Assembly (NCBI GenBank): GCA_903837285.1
Contig: CAILUD010000101.1
Span: 9,815-73,814, forward strand
Direction of reading: 5' to 3'
DNA length: 64,000 bases
Source: an uncultured Bacteroidota bacterium
Lineage (GTDB): Bacteria > Bacteroidota > Bacteroidia > Bacteroidales > GWA2-32-17
Part shown: positions 45,487-57,180 of the stretch, piece after piece
How the letters are laid out: every line of letters starts with the position of its first letter
How positions within the stretch are numbered: the stretch's first letter is position 1
Made by a program: the position numbers and the translations under genes
Notes under the pieces: generated by a model
Told to the model about the DNA's origin: nothing
The model's database searches: none
Seen by the model: only the letters and a program-made list of their open reading frames with translations

Positions 45487-45508
45487 AGTTAAAAAATTAA
45501 TACTGATA

Positions 45509-46036
45509 TTATTCAGCAGTATCTGTAGTTTTATCTTCAGCTTTTGGTTCTTCTTTTTTAGCTTTTGGTGCCTTTGGAGCTTTAGCTACCACTTCACCTT
45601 CTACTGCTTTTTTTGCAGCACCACGACGGGTAGTTTTTGCTTTTTGTTTAGTATCAGTTTTAGCTGCTAACATATTTTCGTTATAGTCAACTAATTCTAA
45701 TCTACATAACTCAGCATTATCACCTTTACGGTTAGCTATTCTTAAAATTCTAGTATAGCCACCTGGTCTTTGTGCAACTTTAACAGCAACATCGCGAAAA
45801 AGTTCAGATACAGCGCTTTTATCACTAATATAACTGAAAACAATACGACGGTTATGAGTTGTATCTTCTTTTGAACGGCTAATTAAAGGTTCAATAAAAA
45901 CTTTTAACGCTTTTGCTTTTGCTACTGTAGTAACAATACCTTTATGCATAATAAGCGAAGTTGCCATATTAGCAAATAACGATTTACGATGAGAGCTCGT
46001 TCTGCTTAAATGATTAAATTTCTTCCTGTGTCTCAT
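45509..46036 (-). CDS. rplQ: 50S ribosomal protein L17 with Lys/Ala/Glu-rich C-terminal tail
   Basis: [24 protein letters not shown]... L17 signature. 175 aa, with the last about 50 aa low complexity ([18 protein letters not shown]). Confidence 0.95.
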   Translation of the reverse strand: MRHRKKFNHLSRTSSHRKSLFANMATSLIMHKGIVTTVAKAKALKVFIEPLISRSKEDTTHNRRIVFSYISDKSAVSELFRDVAVKVAQRPGGYTRILRIANRKGDNAELCRLELVDYNENMLAAKTDTKQKAKTTRRGAAKKAVEGEVVAKAPKAPKAKKEEPKAEDKTTDTAE

Positions 46037-46041
46037 TTGAA

Positions 46042-47034
46042 CTATTCCTTATCTAATTTGTATTTTGAAATATCCATACCAAAGCTCAAATTCATATTGT
46101 TAAGAAGTTCGTCTAACTCTGTTAGAGATTTCTTTCCAAAATTACGGAATTTGAGTAAATCGCTACGATTGAAAACGACTAAATCTGAAAGTGTTTCAAC
46201 ATCTGCAGCTTTTAAGCAATTAAGAGCACGAACCGAAAGGTCGAGATCTATGAGCTTATTTTTAAGAAGTTGACGCATATGAAGTATCTCTTCATCAAAT
46301 TCTTCATTTTCTTGTTTTTCTTCTGAATCGATAGTAATTTTTTCATCAGAGAATAACATGAAATGATAAATAAGAATTTTAGCTGCTTCTTTTAATGCAT
46401 CTGTTGGGGCTATTGAACCATCTGTAACAATTTCGAGAATTAGTTTTTCGAAGTCAGTTTTTTGTTCAACGCGAATATTCTCAATTGCAAATTTTACATT
46501 TTTAATTGGAGTATATATTGAACTAACTGGAATAACGCCGATTTCTAATTCGCCGGTTTTATTTTCTTCAGCTGGCACATAACCTCTACCTTTATTGATG
46601 TTAATTACCATATGAAGTTTTACATTGTGCTCCATGTGGCAAATTTCTAGGTCTGGATTTAAAACTTTAAAACCTGTAAGAAATTTACTTATATCACCTG
46701 CTTTAAAAGAATCTTGTCCGGTTATTGAAATTGATACTGTTTCATTTTCAATCTCATCAAGTTGTCTTTTAAAACGAACCTGTTTCAGATTTAGAACAAT
46801 TTCAGTAACATCTTCAACAATACCTTTCATTGATGAAAATTCATGCTCAACTCCTTCGATTTTGATATTATTAATTGCAAAACCTTCGAGTGATGAAAGA
46901 AGAACCCTTCGTAGGGCATTTCCTACGGTCAGTCCATACCCGGGTTCCAACGGACGGAATTCAAATTTTCCGTGCGTGTCGGTTGACTCGAGCATTACAA
47001 CCTTATCGGGTTTTTGAAAAGCTAAAATTGCCAT
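46042..47034 (-). CDS. rpoA: DNA-directed RNA polymerase subunit alpha
   Basis: [11 protein letters not shown]..., [12 protein letters not shown]-terminal [10 protein letters not shown]. Start moved to Met14 (47034) because the ORF-track extension to 47073 overlaps rpsD. Confidence 0.95.
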   Translation of the reverse strand: MAILAFQKPDKVVMLESTDTHGKFEFRPLEPGYGLTVGNALRRVLLSSLEGFAINNIKIEGVEHEFSSMKGIVEDVTEIVLNLKQVRFKRQLDEIENETVSISITGQDSFKAGDISKFLTGFKVLNPDLEICHMEHNVKLHMVININKGRGYVPAEENKTGELEIGVIPVSSIYTPIKNVKFAIENIRVEQKTDFEKLILEIVTDGSIAPTDALKEAAKILIYHFMLFSDEKITIDSEEKQENEEFDEEILHMRQLLKNKLIDLDLSVRALNCLKAADVETLSDLVVFNRSDLLKFRNFGKKSLTELDELLNNMNLSFGMDISKYKLDKE

Positions 47035-47053
47035 ATAATGTTTCTTCTGTTTT

Positions 47054-47659
47054 TTATTTAGAATACAATTCAACTATAAGTTGTTCTTTGATATTTTCTG
47101 GAATATCTGAACGCTCAGGAACTGTAACAAATCTTCCTGAAAGTGTATCATTTTCCCATTCTAACCAAGTATATCTTTTTACTCTACCACTTGATAAAGA
47201 ATTAGAAATTACTTCAAGGTTTTTAGATTTTTCTCTTACTGAAACAACATCACCAGGATTAACCTGAAATGAAGGAATACTTGCAACTTTATTATTTACA
47301 GTTATATGTCTGTGTGTAACAAGTTGTCTTGCAGCATCACGTGTTGGAGCAATACCTAATCTGAACACTACATTGTCAAGTCTTGATTCAAGTAATTGAA
47401 TAAGAATTTCGCCTGTAATACCTTTTTTTCTTTGGGCATGCTCAAAATATTTACGGAATTGTCTTTCAAGAACTCCATAAGTATATTTCGCTTTTTGTTT
47501 TTCTTTTAACTGAGTTCCATATTCAGAAGTTTTGCGACGTCTGTTTAAACCATGCATTCCAGGTAAATAGCTTTTTCTTTCAAAAACTTTATCTGGTCCG
47601 TAAATAGCCTCTCCAAATTTTCTTGCAATACGGGTCTTTGGTCCTGTGTATCTTGCCAT
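47054..47659 (-). CDS. rpsD: 30S ribosomal protein S4
   Basis: [17 protein letters not shown]..., S4 domain [13 protein letters not shown]. Confidence 0.95.
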   Translation of the reverse strand: MARYTGPKTRIARKFGEAIYGPDKVFERKSYLPGMHGLNRRRKTSEYGTQLKEKQKAKYTYGVLERQFRKYFEHAQRKKGITGEILIQLLESRLDNVVFRLGIAPTRDAARQLVTHRHITVNNKVASIPSFQVNPGDVVSVREKSKNLEVISNSLSSGRVKRYTWLEWENDTLSGRFVTVPERSDIPENIKEQLIVELYSK

Positions 47660-47688
47660 TTATACTCTAATTTATTATTTTCTAAAAA

Positions 47689-48081
47689 TTATACTCTTCT
47701 TCTTTTTGGTGGTCTGCAACCATTATGTGGTAATGGAGTAACGTCAATAATTTCTGTTACTTCAATTCCTACAGATGCTACCGCGCGAATTGCTGATTCA
47801 CGACCAGCTCCAGGTCCTTTAACATAAGCTTTTACTTTTCTTAGTCCAAGGTCAAATGCTGTTTGTGCACAATCTGCCGATGCAACCTGCGCTGCATAAG
47901 GTGTGTTCTTTTTTGATCCTCTAAAACCTTTTCTTCCAGCTGATGACCAAGAAATAACCTGACCTTCGCCATTAGTCATTGTAATAATAATATTGTTAAA
48001 TGAGGAATGAACATGAACTTGTCCAACAGCCTCTACTTTAACGTTTCTTTTACGTGCAACTTTTGTTGTCTTTTTTGCCAT
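47689..48081 (-). CDS. rpsK: 30S ribosomal protein S11
   Basis: [27 protein letters not shown]...[13 protein letters not shown]. Confidence 0.95.
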   Translation of the reverse strand: MAKKTTKVARKRNVKVEAVGQVHVHSSFNNIIITMTNGEGQVISWSSAGRKGFRGSKKNTPYAAQVASADCAQTAFDLGLRKVKAYVKGPGAGRESAIRAVASVGIEVTEIIDVTPLPHNGCRPPKRRRV

Positions 48082-48090
48082 AATTATTTA

Positions 48091-48468
48091 TTATTTAGTG
48101 GCTTTCTTCTTATTTGCAACTGTCTTTTTCTTTCCGCGACGAGTTCTAGCGTTTGTACGGGTACGTTGTCCTCTAGTTGGTAACCCACCTCTATGGCGAA
48201 TTCCTCTATAACAACCAATATCCATAAGTCTCTTTATGTTCAATTGAGTTTCAGAACGAAGTTCACCTTCAATCTTCAAATTTTCAGAAATTATACTTCT
48301 GATTTTAGAAACCTGATCATCATCCCATTTTTCAACATGAAGATTGCAGTCAATACCTGCTTTTGTCAAAATTTTATGAGCTGTACTACGTCCAATTCCA
48401 TAAATATAAGTTAATGAAATTTCGCCTCTTTTCTTATCAGGTATATCTACTCCTGCGATACGTGCCAT
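48091..48468 (-). CDS. rpsM: 30S ribosomal protein S13
   Basis: [26 protein letters not shown]... Confidence 0.95.
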   Translation of the reverse strand: MARIAGVDIPDKKRGEISLTYIYGIGRSTAHKILTKAGIDCNLHVEKWDDDQVSKIRSIISENLKIEGELRSETQLNIKRLMDIGCYRGIRHRGGLPTRGQRTRTNARTRRGKKKTVANKKKATK

Positions 48469-48509
48469 ATTGTTTTTTTAATTTTTTAAAAGGTTACAAA
48501 GTTAAGTAA

Positions 48510-48626
48510 TTATCCTTGACGTTGTTTGAATTTAGGATTTTTTTTGTTAATAACATAAAGACGTCCTTTTCTGCGAACGATTTTACATTCGGGACTGCGC
48601 TTTTTTACAGATGTACGAACTTTCAT
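48510..48626 (-). CDS. rpmJ: 50S ribosomal protein L36 (single-Cys, non-zinc type)
   Basis: Not in the ORF track (38 aa). Hand translation gives [38 protein letters not shown]. Located between infA and rpsM as expected. Confidence 0.9.
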   Translation of the reverse strand: MKVRTSVKKRSPECKIVRRKGRLYVINKKNPKFKQRQG

Positions 48627-48643
48627 TTTAGTCAGTATTTCAA

Positions 48644-48862
48644 TTATTTATAACGGAAACTTATTCTACCTTTTGATAAATCATATGGCGACATTTCGAC
48701 TCTAACTTTGTCTCCTGGAAGAATTTTAATGTAGTGCATTCTCATTTTTCCAGAAATATGAGCGGTAATAATATGTCCGTTTTGCAACTGAACACGAAAC
48801 ATTGCATTTGACAATGCTTCTATAATAGTACCATCTTGCTCAATAGAGGGCTGTTTAGCCAT
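48644..48862 (-). CDS. infA: Translation initiation factor IF-1
   Basis: 72 aa. [20 protein letters not shown]...[16 protein letters not shown]. Confidence 0.95.
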   Translation of the reverse strand: MAKQPSIEQDGTIIEALSNAMFRVQLQNGHIITAHISGKMRMHYIKILPGDKVRVEMSPYDLSKGRISFRYK

Positions 48863-48879
48863 ATAATTTTTTTAATTTT

Positions 48880-49650
48880 TTACTTTTTACTTTCGATATA
48901 ATCGAAAGTGGTTAATATTTGAGCCTTTCCATTAACTATTGCAATTGTATGCTCAAAATGTGCAGAAGGTTTTGCATCTCTTGTGGAGATTGTCCAACCA
49001 TCTTTCCATTGCTTGATTTCTTTTTTACCCATGTTAACCATAGGTTCAATTGCTATAACTAATCCCTGACGAATCATCATGCCTCTACCTTTTTTTCCGA
49101 AGTTCGGAACTTCAGGTTCTTCATGAAGTTGCTTTCCTATTCCATGTCCGATTAATTCTCTTACTAAAGAGTATCCATTATTTTCGGCATGAGTCTGAAT
49201 TGCATTACTAATGTCGCCTATTCTGTTTCCTTCCGAAGCCATTGCAATTCCTTTGTAAAGGGATTCCTTTGTAACTTTAAGCAGCGCTTTTTTATCCGGA
49301 CTCACTTCTCCTGCTTCAAAAGTATAAGCAGAATCACCATGAAAACCATTCATATAAACACCACAATCAACAGAAACAATGTCGCCATCTTTTATTTCGT
49401 ATTCAGAAGGAAATCCGTGTACAATCTGATCGTTTACCGATATGCAGAGTGTATAAGGAAAGCCTCTATAACCTTTAAAAGAAGGTTTGGCTCCGTTATC
49501 GAGAATAAACTCTTCAGCTTTTTTATCAATTGCTATCGTTTTTGTTCCGGGTACAATAAAAGGTTTAATGTAACCGAGAGTTTTAGAGAGCAACTGACAA
49601 CTTTGCTTAATAAGCTCTATCTCATCATCAGTTTTATAAAAGACCATCAA
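48880..49650 (-). CDS. map: Type I methionine aminopeptidase
   Basis: 256 aa. VHGFPS, DGDIVSVD, GHGIG, VIAIEPM, FEHT metal-ligand pattern. Confidence 0.9.
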   Translation of the reverse strand: MMVFYKTDDEIELIKQSCQLLSKTLGYIKPFIVPGTKTIAIDKKAEEFILDNGAKPSFKGYRGFPYTLCISVNDQIVHGFPSEYEIKDGDIVSVDCGVYMNGFHGDSAYTFEAGEVSPDKKALLKVTKESLYKGIAMASEGNRIGDISNAIQTHAENNGYSLVRELIGHGIGKQLHEEPEVPNFGKKGRGMMIRQGLVIAIEPMVNMGKKEIKQWKDGWTISTRDAKPSAHFEHTIAIVNGKAQILTTFDYIESKK

Positions 49651-49668
49651 AGAACGTTTTTTTTACAA

Positions 49669-51006
49669 CTACATTGAAGCACCAGCACCTTGAGAGCGAC
49701 CTTTAATACGACCTGATTTCATCAGACCATCATAATGACGCATAAGAAGGTGACTTTCAATTTGTTGTAAAGTATCTAATACTACACCAACCATAATCAA
49801 TAAAGAAGTTCCACCAAAGAACTGCGCAAATTGATTATTGACTCCTAATAAGCCTGCAAATGCTGGCATAATTGCTATAAATGCAAGGAATATAGAACCA
49901 GGAAGTGTAATTCTTGACATTATTGAATCGATAAATTCTGAAGTTTTCTTTCCAGGTTTAACACCAGGAATAAAACCACCATTTTTCTTCATATCATCAG
50001 CCATTTGAACAGGATTCATGATGATAGCTGTATAAAAATAAGTAAATACAATTATTAACATTCCAAATACAAAATTGTACCAAAAACTTGTATAGCTTGA
50101 GAATGCAGAAGCAAAGCCAGAACCCGAATCAGTAAATCCTACAATTATTGTAGGAATAAACATTAAAGCCTGAGCAAAAATAATTGGCATTACACCAGCA
50201 GCATTAACTTTTAAAGGGATATATTGACGAACACCACCATATTGTTTATTTCCAACAATACGTTTTGCATATTGAACAGGAATTCTACGAGTACCTTGAA
50301 CAAGAAGTATACTACTTGCAATAACTAATAAAAGAATTACTATTTCAACGAGTAGAACTACAAGTCCTCCACCACCTTCTATACGTGAAGCGAACTCAGC
50401 ACCAAAAGCAAAAGGAAGTCGCGCAATAATACCAATCATAATAATTAATGATATACCATTACCTATACCTTTATCAGTAATTTTTTCGCCCAACCACATT
50501 ACGAATATTGTTCCAGCTGCTAAAATTAACATTGAACTTATTGTAAAAAATGTACCAGTAATTACAAAAGCATCGGCTGGTAATTGAGCATGTAAGTTTG
50601 ATAAATAACTTGGTCCTTGTAAAAACAAGATTAGAAGTGTTAGATATCTAGTTATTTGATTTATTTTCTTTCTTCCACTTTCACCTTCACGTTGTAATCT
50701 TTGAAAATAAGGTATTGCAATTCCCATTAATTGAACAACAATAGATGCAGAAATATAAGGCATAATTCCCAATGCAAAAATAGATGCATTAGAAAAAGCA
50801 CCTCCAGAAAACATATCGAGTAAACCTAAAATTCCTTCAGAAGTTTGTTTACTAAGATTTTCGAGTTTATTTGGATCAATACCCGGAAGAGTAACATATG
50901 AGCCTAATCTATAAACAAGTAAAATTCCTAAAGTATAAAGGATTCTCGTTCTAAGTTCCTCTATCTTGTAAATGTTCTTTATTGTCTCAAAAAATCTTTT
51001 CATCAA
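49669..51006 (-). CDS. secY: Preprotein translocase subunit SecY
   Basis: 445 aa, 10 TM. GIMPYISASIVVQLM, position between rplO and map. Confidence 0.95.
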   Translation of the reverse strand: MMKRFFETIKNIYKIEELRTRILYTLGILLVYRLGSYVTLPGIDPNKLENLSKQTSEGILGLLDMFSGGAFSNASIFALGIMPYISASIVVQLMGIAIPYFQRLQREGESGRKKINQITRYLTLLILFLQGPSYLSNLHAQLPADAFVITGTFFTISSMLILAAGTIFVMWLGEKITDKGIGNGISLIIMIGIIARLPFAFGAEFASRIEGGGGLVVLLVEIVILLLVIASSILLVQGTRRIPVQYAKRIVGNKQYGGVRQYIPLKVNAAGVMPIIFAQALMFIPTIIVGFTDSGSGFASAFSSYTSFWYNFVFGMLIIVFTYFYTAIIMNPVQMADDMKKNGGFIPGVKPGKKTSEFIDSIMSRITLPGSIFLAFIAIMPAFAGLLGVNNQFAQFFGGTSLLIMVGVVLDTLQQIESHLLMRHYDGLMKSGRIKGRSQGAGASM

Positions 51007-51016
51007 TCAAAAATTC

Positions 51017-51466
51017 TTATAGTTTAGTAACAGTACCTTCTAAAGCTTCAATTGCTTTTTGAGCTGTTGCGCTAAATGCATGAGCTTTTACTTCAACTTT
51101 TATAGTAAGTGTACCAAAACCCAAAATTTTAACAAGGCAATTATTTGAAATCAAACCAAATTCATATAATGTATCTGGATCAATTGAAGTAATTTTATGC
51201 TCTTCAGCAATACGCTGAATATCTTTAAGATTTACACCTTTATATTCAACCCTATTAAAGTTTTTAAATCCAAATTTAGGAGAAGTTCTTTGAATAGGCA
51301 TTTGACCTCCTTCAAAACCACGTTTACGACTATAACCAGAACGAGATTTTGCTCCTTTATTACCACGTGTAGCAGTTCCACCTTTACCAGAACCCTGTCC
51401 ACGTCCCAATCTTTTTTTCTCGTTTTTTACAGATCCTTCTGCAGGTTTTAGATTACTTAAATCCAT
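51017..51466 (-). CDS. rplO: 50S ribosomal protein L15
   Basis: LSNLKPAEGSVKNEKKRLGRGQGSGKGGT. Confidence 0.95.
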   Translation of the reverse strand: MDLSNLKPAEGSVKNEKKRLGRGQGSGKGGTATRGNKGAKSRSGYSRKRGFEGGQMPIQRTSPKFGFKNFNRVEYKGVNLKDIQRIAEEHKITSIDPDTLYEFGLISNNCLVKILGFGTLTIKVEVKAHAFSATAQKAIEALEGTVTKL

Positions 51467-51489
51467 AACATTAAAACTATTTTTGTTTA

Positions 51490-51669
51490 TTACAATTGTT
51501 CTGATTTAACCAAATGAAGAACTTTTCTAATCATCCCCATAATTTGTGGAGTAGCTTCGTGTTCAACTTTTTGATTCATTTTTTTTAATCCCAAAGCATC
51601 AAGAGTTTTTCTCTGTCTTTGAGTGCAGCCGCTTCTGCTTCCGGTTTGTATTACTATTACTTTTGCCAT
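51490..51669 (-). CDS. rpmD: 50S ribosomal protein L30
   Basis: MAKVIVIQTGSRSGCTQRQRKTLDALGL. Start set at Met26 of the ORF (51669) because the longer ORF overlaps rpsE. Confidence 0.9.
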   Translation of the reverse strand: MAKVIVIQTGSRSGCTQRQRKTLDALGLKKMNQKVEHEATPQIMGMIRKVLHLVKSEQL

Positions 51670-51682
51670 TTCTTTTTTAATT

Positions 51683-52198
51683 CTAGCCGTTAAATACTTT
51701 ATCCATAGGAATACCTCTTTGATTAGAGATAGTATAAGCATCACGCATTTCGAGTAAAGCTACCATAGTTGCTTTTACAAGATTATGAGGATTTGAACTT
51801 CCTTTAGACTTTGCAAGTACATCTTTAATACCAACACTTTCTAAAACAGCACGCATAGCACCACCAGCTTTTACACCAGTACCACCAGATGCAGGTTTTA
51901 AAAATACCTGAGCACCACCAAATTTAGAAACTTGTTCGTGAGGAACCGTTCCTTTAAATACTGGTACCTTAATAAGGTTTTTCTTTGCATCTTCAACGCC
52001 TTTAGCAATTGCAGTTGTTACTTCATTAGCTTTACCTAATCCGTATCCTACAATACCATTTTCATTTCCAACTACAACTATTGCCGCAAAACTAAAATGA
52101 CGACCACCTTTTGTTACTTTAGTAACTCTATTAATAGAAACCAGACGATCTTTTAATTCGAGGTCGGTTGTTTTTACTTTTCTAATGCTTGATGACAT
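51683..52198 (-). CDS. rpsE: 30S ribosomal protein S5
   Basis: [34 protein letters not shown]. Confidence 0.95.
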   Translation of the reverse strand: MSSSIRKVKTTDLELKDRLVSINRVTKVTKGGRHFSFAAIVVVGNENGIVGYGLGKANEVTTAIAKGVEDAKKNLIKVPVFKGTVPHEQVSKFGGAQVFLKPASGGTGVKAGGAMRAVLESVGIKDVLAKSKGSSNPHNLVKATMVALLEMRDAYTISNQRGIPMDKVFNG

Positions 52199-52204
52199 AT
52201 TTTT

Positions 52205-52561
52205 TTAAAATTTAAGTCCACCTTCTCTAGCTGCATCGGCCAATGCTTTTACTCTGCCATGAAACAGATAGCCGTTACGATCAAAAACTACTTTTGTAAT
52301 TCCGGCTTCAATAGCGCGTTCAGCAATAAGCTTACCTACCATTACAGCCATCTCTGTTTTATTACCTTTTTTATCACTTAATTCTTTTACAAGTGATGAA
52401 GCAGAAGCAAGAGTTTTCTTGCTCAGATCGTCAATTACTTGAACCGAAATCTGCTTATTACTTCTAAAAACTGATAATCTTGGAGTTTCGCTTGTTCCGT
52501 TTACTTTTTTACGTACACGTAACTTTATTTTTAATCTCCTGCCTAATTTAGTTTGTGCCAT
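52205..52561 (-). CDS. rplR: 50S ribosomal protein L18
   Basis: [18 protein letters not shown]...[24 protein letters not shown]. Confidence 0.95.
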   Translation of the reverse strand: MAQTKLGRRLKIKLRVRKKVNGTSETPRLSVFRSNKQISVQVIDDLSKKTLASASSLVKELSDKKGNKTEMAVMVGKLIAERAIEAGITKVVFDRNGYLFHGRVKALADAAREGGLKF

Positions 52562-52577
52562 AGTTCTTTTTATTCAA

Positions 52578-53132
52578 TTATTTAGCACTTGCTGATTTAC
52601 CAGCTTTTTTGCGTAGTTTTTCGCCTACAAACTTAATACCTTTACCTTTGTATGGTTCTGGTTTACGTAGTGAACGAATTTTAGCAGCTACCTGGCCAAG
52701 CAATTGCTTGTCAATACTTGTTAATGTTATTATAGGATTTGCTCTACGTTCAGTAACAGCAGTGGCTGTAACTTCTTTAGGCATTTCAAATATAATTTCG
52801 TGTGAATAACCTAAGGTCATATTAAGTAATTGTCCAACAGTTTCGGCTTTGTATCCAACTCCAACAACTTCTTGTTTAAGTGTAAATCCTGTTGATACTC
52901 CAACAACCATGTTATTGATAAGTGCTCTATATAATCCATGAAGAGCTTTATGTTGTTTTTGTTCTGATGGTCTTTCAACAACTAAAGTATTATCGGTAAT
53001 GTTTAGTATAAACTCACTATCAATAACTTGACTTAGTTCTCCAAGAGGACCTTTAACAACTACGATTCCGTCGTTAAAATTAATTTTAACTCCTGAAGGT
53101 ATGTTTATGGGTAATTTTCCAACTCGTGACAT
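52578..53132 (-). CDS. rplF: 50S ribosomal protein L6
   Basis: MSRVGKLPINIPSGVKI... Confidence 0.95.
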   Translation of the reverse strand: MSRVGKLPINIPSGVKINFNDGIVVVKGPLGELSQVIDSEFILNITDNTLVVERPSEQKQHKALHGLYRALINNMVVGVSTGFTLKQEVVGVGYKAETVGQLLNMTLGYSHEIIFEMPKEVTATAVTERRANPIITLTSIDKQLLGQVAAKIRSLRKPEPYKGKGIKFVGEKLRKKAGKSASAK

Positions 53133-53144
53133 TATCTTATCTGT

Positions 53145-53540
53145 TTAGTAGATGTAACATAAAACTTCTCCGCCCAGTTTGCGAACTTTTGCTTCTTTGT
53201 CGGTAATAATACCTTGTGGTGTCGACATAACAGCAATACCTAATCCATTCAATACACGTGGAAGATCTTTTACTCCAACGTATTTGCGGTGTCCTGGACG
53301 ACTAACTCGCTGAATGTTTTTTATAGCCGGTTTACGGGTTTCTGGGTCATATTTAAGAGCTATCTTAATTATTCCTTGATAAGCATCATCTTCAAATTTA
53401 TAATTAAGGATATATCCTTTTTCGAATAACACTTTTGTTATTTCCTTTTTAATATTGGAAGCTGGAATTTCAACTACCCGATGTTGTGCCATTACGGCAT
53501 TTCTAACTCGTGTAAGATAATCTGCTATTGGATCAGTCAT
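53145..53540 (-). CDS. rpsH: 30S ribosomal protein S8
   Basis: MTDPIADYLTRVRNA... Confidence 0.95.
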   Translation of the reverse strand: MTDPIADYLTRVRNAVMAQHRVVEIPASNIKKEITKVLFEKGYILNYKFEDDAYQGIIKIALKYDPETRKPAIKNIQRVSRPGHRKYVGVKDLPRVLNGLGIAVMSTPQGIITDKEAKVRKLGGEVLCYIY

Positions 53541-53561
53541 TTTTTATATAATTTTGAATTA

Positions 53562-53831
53562 TTACCAACTTGCTTTTTTAACTCCTGGAATTAAACCATT
53601 AGATGCCATTTCGCGGAATGTAATACGGCTGATTCCAAAAACACGCATATAACCTTTTGAACGTCCGGTAAGGCTACAACTATTATGTAATCTTACTTTA
53701 GATGAGTTTTTAGGAAGTTTTTGTAAAGCTATATAATCTCCTTCGGCTTTTAATTTGGCTCTTTTTGGTTCAAATTTTTCGTACATTTTTTTCCGCTTTC
53801 TTTCGCGGGCTTTCATTGATTCCTTAGCCAT
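53562..53831 (-). CDS. rpsN: 30S ribosomal protein S14
   Basis: [13 protein letters not shown]...[23 protein letters not shown]. Confidence 0.95.
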   Translation of the reverse strand: MAKESMKARERKRKKMYEKFEPKRAKLKAEGDYIALQKLPKNSSKVRLHNSCSLTGRSKGYMRVFGISRITFREMASNGLIPGVKKASW

Positions 53832-53833
53832 AA

Positions 53834-54391
53834 TTAATTCTTTTTATTGTTTTTAAAAGGCATTCCAAATTCTCTTAATAAAGCATATGCTTCTTCATCT
53901 GTTTTTGCAGAAGTAACAAATGTTATTTCCATTCCTTTCATTTTAGATATTTTATCAATATCAATTTCAGGAAAAATAATTTGCTCCGAAATTCCAAGTG
54001 TATAATTACCTCTTCCGTCGAATTTAAATTCTACTCCTCTAAAGTCGCGAATACGAGGAAGTGATATACTAATAAGTCTTTCAAGAAATTCATACATTTT
54101 CTCGCGGCGTAAAGTTACCTTTATACCTATAGGCATTCCTTTTCTTAGCTTAAAGTTAGAAATATCTTTCTTAGACATTGTAGTTATTGGCTTTTGTCCA
54201 GAAATATTAGTAATTTCTGTAACAGAAGAATCAACAAGTTTTTTATCGGCAATAGCATCGCCCAAACCTTGATTGATTACTATTTTCTGCAACTTTGGTA
54301 CCTGCATTACATTTTTGTAACTAAACTCTTTTAAAAGAGCTGGTAATACTTCTGCAGTATATTTTTTCTTTAGGGATGTAATATATTCCAT
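53834..54391 (-). CDS. rplE: 50S ribosomal protein L5
   Basis: 185 aa, position and pattern (PRIRDFRG....[17 protein letters not shown]). Start overlaps the rplX stop by 1 nt. Confidence 0.95.
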   Translation of the reverse strand: MEYITSLKKKYTAEVLPALLKEFSYKNVMQVPKLQKIVINQGLGDAIADKKLVDSSVTEITNISGQKPITTMSKKDISNFKLRKGMPIGIKVTLRREKMYEFLERLISISLPRIRDFRGVEFKFDGRGNYTLGISEQIIFPEIDIDKISKMKGMEITFVTSAKTDEEAYALLREFGMPFKNNKKN

Positions 54392-54714
54392 TATTTAATC
54401 TCCTCTCCTGATTTTTTTGCAAAACGCACAAGTTTGTTTTTATCATTCAATTTGCGTCCAACTCTAGTTGGTTTTCCTGTAGAAGGATCAACCATCATTA
54501 AGTTTGAGATATGAATTGATGCTTCTTTTTTAAGAATTCCGCCTTGTGGGCTTTTTGCATTTGGTTTAGTGTGCTTTGAAATAAGATTTACACCTTCAAC
54601 AATTGCAGTGTCTTTTTCTTTATTTAAGCTTAATACTCGGCCCTGTTGTCCTTTAGAATCTCCGGTAAGAACTATTACCGTATCCCCTTTTTTAATATTG
54701 AATTTCTTTGGCAT
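54391..54714 (-). CDS. rplX: 50S ribosomal protein L24
   Basis: [22 protein letters not shown] (KOW motif). Confidence 0.95.
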   Translation of the reverse strand: MPKKFNIKKGDTVIVLTGDSKGQQGRVLSLNKEKDTAIVEGVNLISKHTKPNAKSPQGGILKKEASIHISNLMMVDPSTGKPTRVGRKLNDKNKLVRFAKKSGEEIK

Positions 54715-54731
54715 AACTTAATATTTACAAA

Positions 54732-55100
54732 TTATAACACTTCAGGAGCCAGTGAAACTATTTTCATATATTGTTTTTCGCGCAATTCTCTTGCTACCGG
54801 TCCAAATATACGTGTTCCTCTAAGTTCATCTGCTTCGGTTAAAAGAACTACTGCATTATCGTCGAAACGAATATAAGATCCATCAGCTCTTCTAATTTCC
54901 TTACTTGTTCTTACTATAACTGCTTTAGAAACTGTTCCTTTTTTTGCATCAGATGAAGGGATGGCAGTTTTAATAGCAACAATTATTTTATCTCCTACAG
55001 AAGCGTATTTTCTTCCTGTTCCACCAAGAACACGAATACAAAGTACTTCCTTTGCTCCGCTGTTATCGGCTACGATTAATCTTGATTCTTGCTGTATCAT
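54732..55100 (-). CDS. rplN: 50S ribosomal protein L14
   Basis: [27 protein letters not shown]. Confidence 0.95.
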   Translation of the reverse strand: MIQQESRLIVADNSGAKEVLCIRVLGGTGRKYASVGDKIIVAIKTAIPSSDAKKGTVSKAVIVRTSKEIRRADGSYIRFDDNAVVLLTEADELRGTRIFGPVARELREKQYMKIVSLAPEVL

Positions 55101-55102
55101 TG

Positions 55103-55360
55103 TTATTTAGCTCTTTCTAATATTTCCACTAATCTCCAACATTTATTTTTGCTTAGAGGGCGTGTTTCCATAATACGTACTTTATCGCCAACGTTACTTT
55201 CATTTTTCTCGTCGTGAACGTAGTATTTGGAAGTTTTATTAATAAACTTTCCGTACTTAGGGTGTTTTACTTTTCTTTTTTCGGCAACTACGATAGATTT
55301 CTCCATCTTGTTGCTTACAACAACCCCAACGCGTTCTTTTCTAAAATTTCTGGTTTCCAT
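55103..55360 (-). CDS. rpsQ: 30S ribosomal protein S17
   Basis: [19 protein letters not shown]...KVKHPKYGK....KYYVHDE. Confidence 0.95.
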   Translation of the reverse strand: METRNFRKERVGVVVSNKMEKSIVVAEKRKVKHPKYGKFINKTSKYYVHDEKNESNVGDKVRIMETRPLSKNKCWRLVEILERAK

Positions 55361-55371
55361 GTAGTTGGATG

Positions 55372-55575
55372 CTATTTATTTTTTTCTTTTAATTCTCTTG
55401 AATGAAGTTCTGTAACCATTGTAGCCACTAATCTTCTTACTCTTCTTATTTTTAATGGATTATCCAATGGTGAAATATGATGATTCAATTTCATTTTAAC
55501 GAGCATACTTTTTTCGTCTTCGATACGCTCTTTAAGTTCCTTTGTTGATAAATCTTTTACTTCTGCAGTTTTCAT
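55372..55575 (-). CDS. rpmC: 50S ribosomal protein L29
   Basis: 67 aa, [14 protein letters not shown], positioned between rplP and rpsQ. Confidence 0.9.
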   Translation of the reverse strand: MKTAEVKDLSTKELKERIEDEKSMLVKMKLNHHISPLDNPLKIRRVRRLVATMVTELHSRELKEKNK

Positions 55576-55583
55576 GGGTGCTA

Positions 55584-56012
55584 TTAAATAGTGTTTTCGA
55601 CAAAATCTCTTCTTATAATAAACTTAGTAGCTACAGGTAATTTTTGAGCTGCAAGACGACATGCTTCGCGAGCAATTTCTAAAGAAACGCCTTCAACTTC
55701 AATAATTATTCTACCAGGAGTAATAGGTGCAACAAAACCTTCTGGTGCTCCTTTTCCTTTACCCATACGTACTTCGGCAGGTTTTTTAGTTATAGGTTTA
55801 TCTGGAAAAATTCTAATCCAAATTTGACCTTCACGTTTCATGTAACGTGTAACGGCCTGACGAGCAGCTTCTATCTGACGGCCAGTGATCCATTCTTTCT
55901 CTAAGGTTTTAATACCAAAAGAGCCAAATGCTAGCTGGTTTCCACGCTGTGCATTTCCTTTCATGCGGCCTTTTTGCTGCCTTCTGAATTTGGTTTTTTT
56001 CGGCTGTAACAT
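55584..56012 (-). CDS. rplP: 50S ribosomal protein L16
   Basis: [19 protein letters not shown]... Confidence 0.95.
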   Translation of the reverse strand: MLQPKKTKFRRQQKGRMKGNAQRGNQLAFGSFGIKTLEKEWITGRQIEAARQAVTRYMKREGQIWIRIFPDKPITKKPAEVRMGKGKGAPEGFVAPITPGRIIIEVEGVSLEIAREACRLAAQKLPVATKFIIRRDFVENTI

Positions 56013-56031
56013 TTCTTAAAAATATTATTTA

Positions 56032-56736
56032 TTAGTTTCTTCTTCTTTTTGCAAATCCTTTTGGTTTTGCTTTTGAAGTTTTAGCTTCAATATTTGGACT
56101 AAGGTCACGTTTTCCATAAACCTCGCCTTTACAAATCCATACTTTAACACCAATTTTTCCAACTTTTGTTAATGCTTCACCTAAAGCATAATCAATATCA
56201 GCACGGAATGTATGTAAAGGTATTCTTCCTTCTTTATAAGTTTCACTACGAGCCATTTCAGCTCCATTAATTCTACCAGCTATACCAACTTTAATTCCTT
56301 CTGCTCCCATTCTCATTGCAGAAGCGATAGCCATTTTAACAGCGCGGCGATGTGCTATTTTACCTTCGATCTGACGAGCAACATTAGCAGCTACAAGCAT
56401 AGCGTCAAGTTCTGGTCTTTTAATTTCGAAGATATTTATTTGAACTTCTTTACTTGTAATTTTCTTGAGTTCTTCTTTAAGTTTATCAACTTCTTGTCCA
56501 CCTTTTCCAATAATAATTCCAGGACGAGCAGTATTAACTGTAATAGTTATAAGTTTTAAAGTACGCTCTATAATAATTTTCGAAACACTAGCTTTTGCAA
56601 GTCTGGCATTCAAATATTTTCTAATTCTGTTATCTTCAACAAGTTTATCGCCAAAATTGCGTCCACCGAACCAATTTGAATCCCAACCTTTGATGATTCC
56701 TAATCTACTGCTGATTGGATTAACTTTATTTCCCAT
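56032..56736 (-). CDS. rpsC: 30S ribosomal protein S3
   Basis: [23 protein letters not shown]..., KH domain. Confidence 0.95.
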   Translation of the reverse strand: MGNKVNPISSRLGIIKGWDSNWFGGRNFGDKLVEDNRIRKYLNARLAKASVSKIIIERTLKLITITVNTARPGIIIGKGGQEVDKLKEELKKITSKEVQINIFEIKRPELDAMLVAANVARQIEGKIAHRRAVKMAIASAMRMGAEGIKVGIAGRINGAEMARSETYKEGRIPLHTFRADIDYALGEALTKVGKIGVKVWICKGEVYGKRDLSPNIEAKTSKAKPKGFAKRRRN

Positions 56737-57155
56737 TAAGCTTCTTGATTTTGAGTTTCATTAATATTAGTTCCTAGTATTATCGTAACATGATTAGATC
56801 TTTTACGAATTCTGTTTGCTCTTCCTTGTGGTGCAGGGCGAAGTCTTTTTAAAGCTACAGCTGAATCAACAAAAACCTCTTTTATAAAAAGATTGCTATC
56901 TTCAATACGAACACCTTCGTTTTTACTCTGCCAATTTGCAATTGCAGAAAGTAAAAGTTTTTCTAAAGTGTTTGAAGGCTGTTTAGCTGAAAATTTTAAC
57001 AAATCAAGAGCTTTTTTTACTTCAACTCCTCTAACCAAGTCAGCTACCAAACGCATTTTACGAGGCGAGCTTGGGCAATTGTGAAGGTGAGCAAATGAAA
57101 TTTGCTTCTTTTCTTCTTTTAACTTATCGGCACTAAGTCTTTTTCTGGCACCCAT
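56736..57155 (-). CDS. rplV: 50S ribosomal protein L22
   Basis: 139 aa. [14 protein letters not shown], position between rpsS and rpsC. Confidence 0.95.
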   Translation of the reverse strand: MGARKRLSADKLKEEKKQISFAHLHNCPSSPRKMRLVADLVRGVEVKKALDLLKFSAKQPSNTLEKLLLSAIANWQSKNEGVRIEDSNLFIKEVFVDSAVALKRLRPAPQGRANRIRKRSNHVTIILGTNINETQNQEA

Positions 57156-57180
57156 ATTCTTTTATTCTTTTCTTTATTTA

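Noticed and set aside
47035-47073. Longer N-termini offered by the ORF track for rpoA (47073), rpmD (51744), the exported protein (39239) and the lipoprotein (3680)
   Set aside because: Each extension overlaps the preceding gene or a terminator hairpin. Internal Met codons give canonical N-termini ([19 protein letters not shown]) or proper signal peptides.
46625-47267. Two 130-aa + strand ORFs (46625..47017, 46875..47267), plus similar ones at 49189..49677, 51197..51451, 56350..56764 and 62683..62892
   Set aside because: All are antisense to highly conserved ribosomal, rpoA or map genes. They are typical shadow ORFs.
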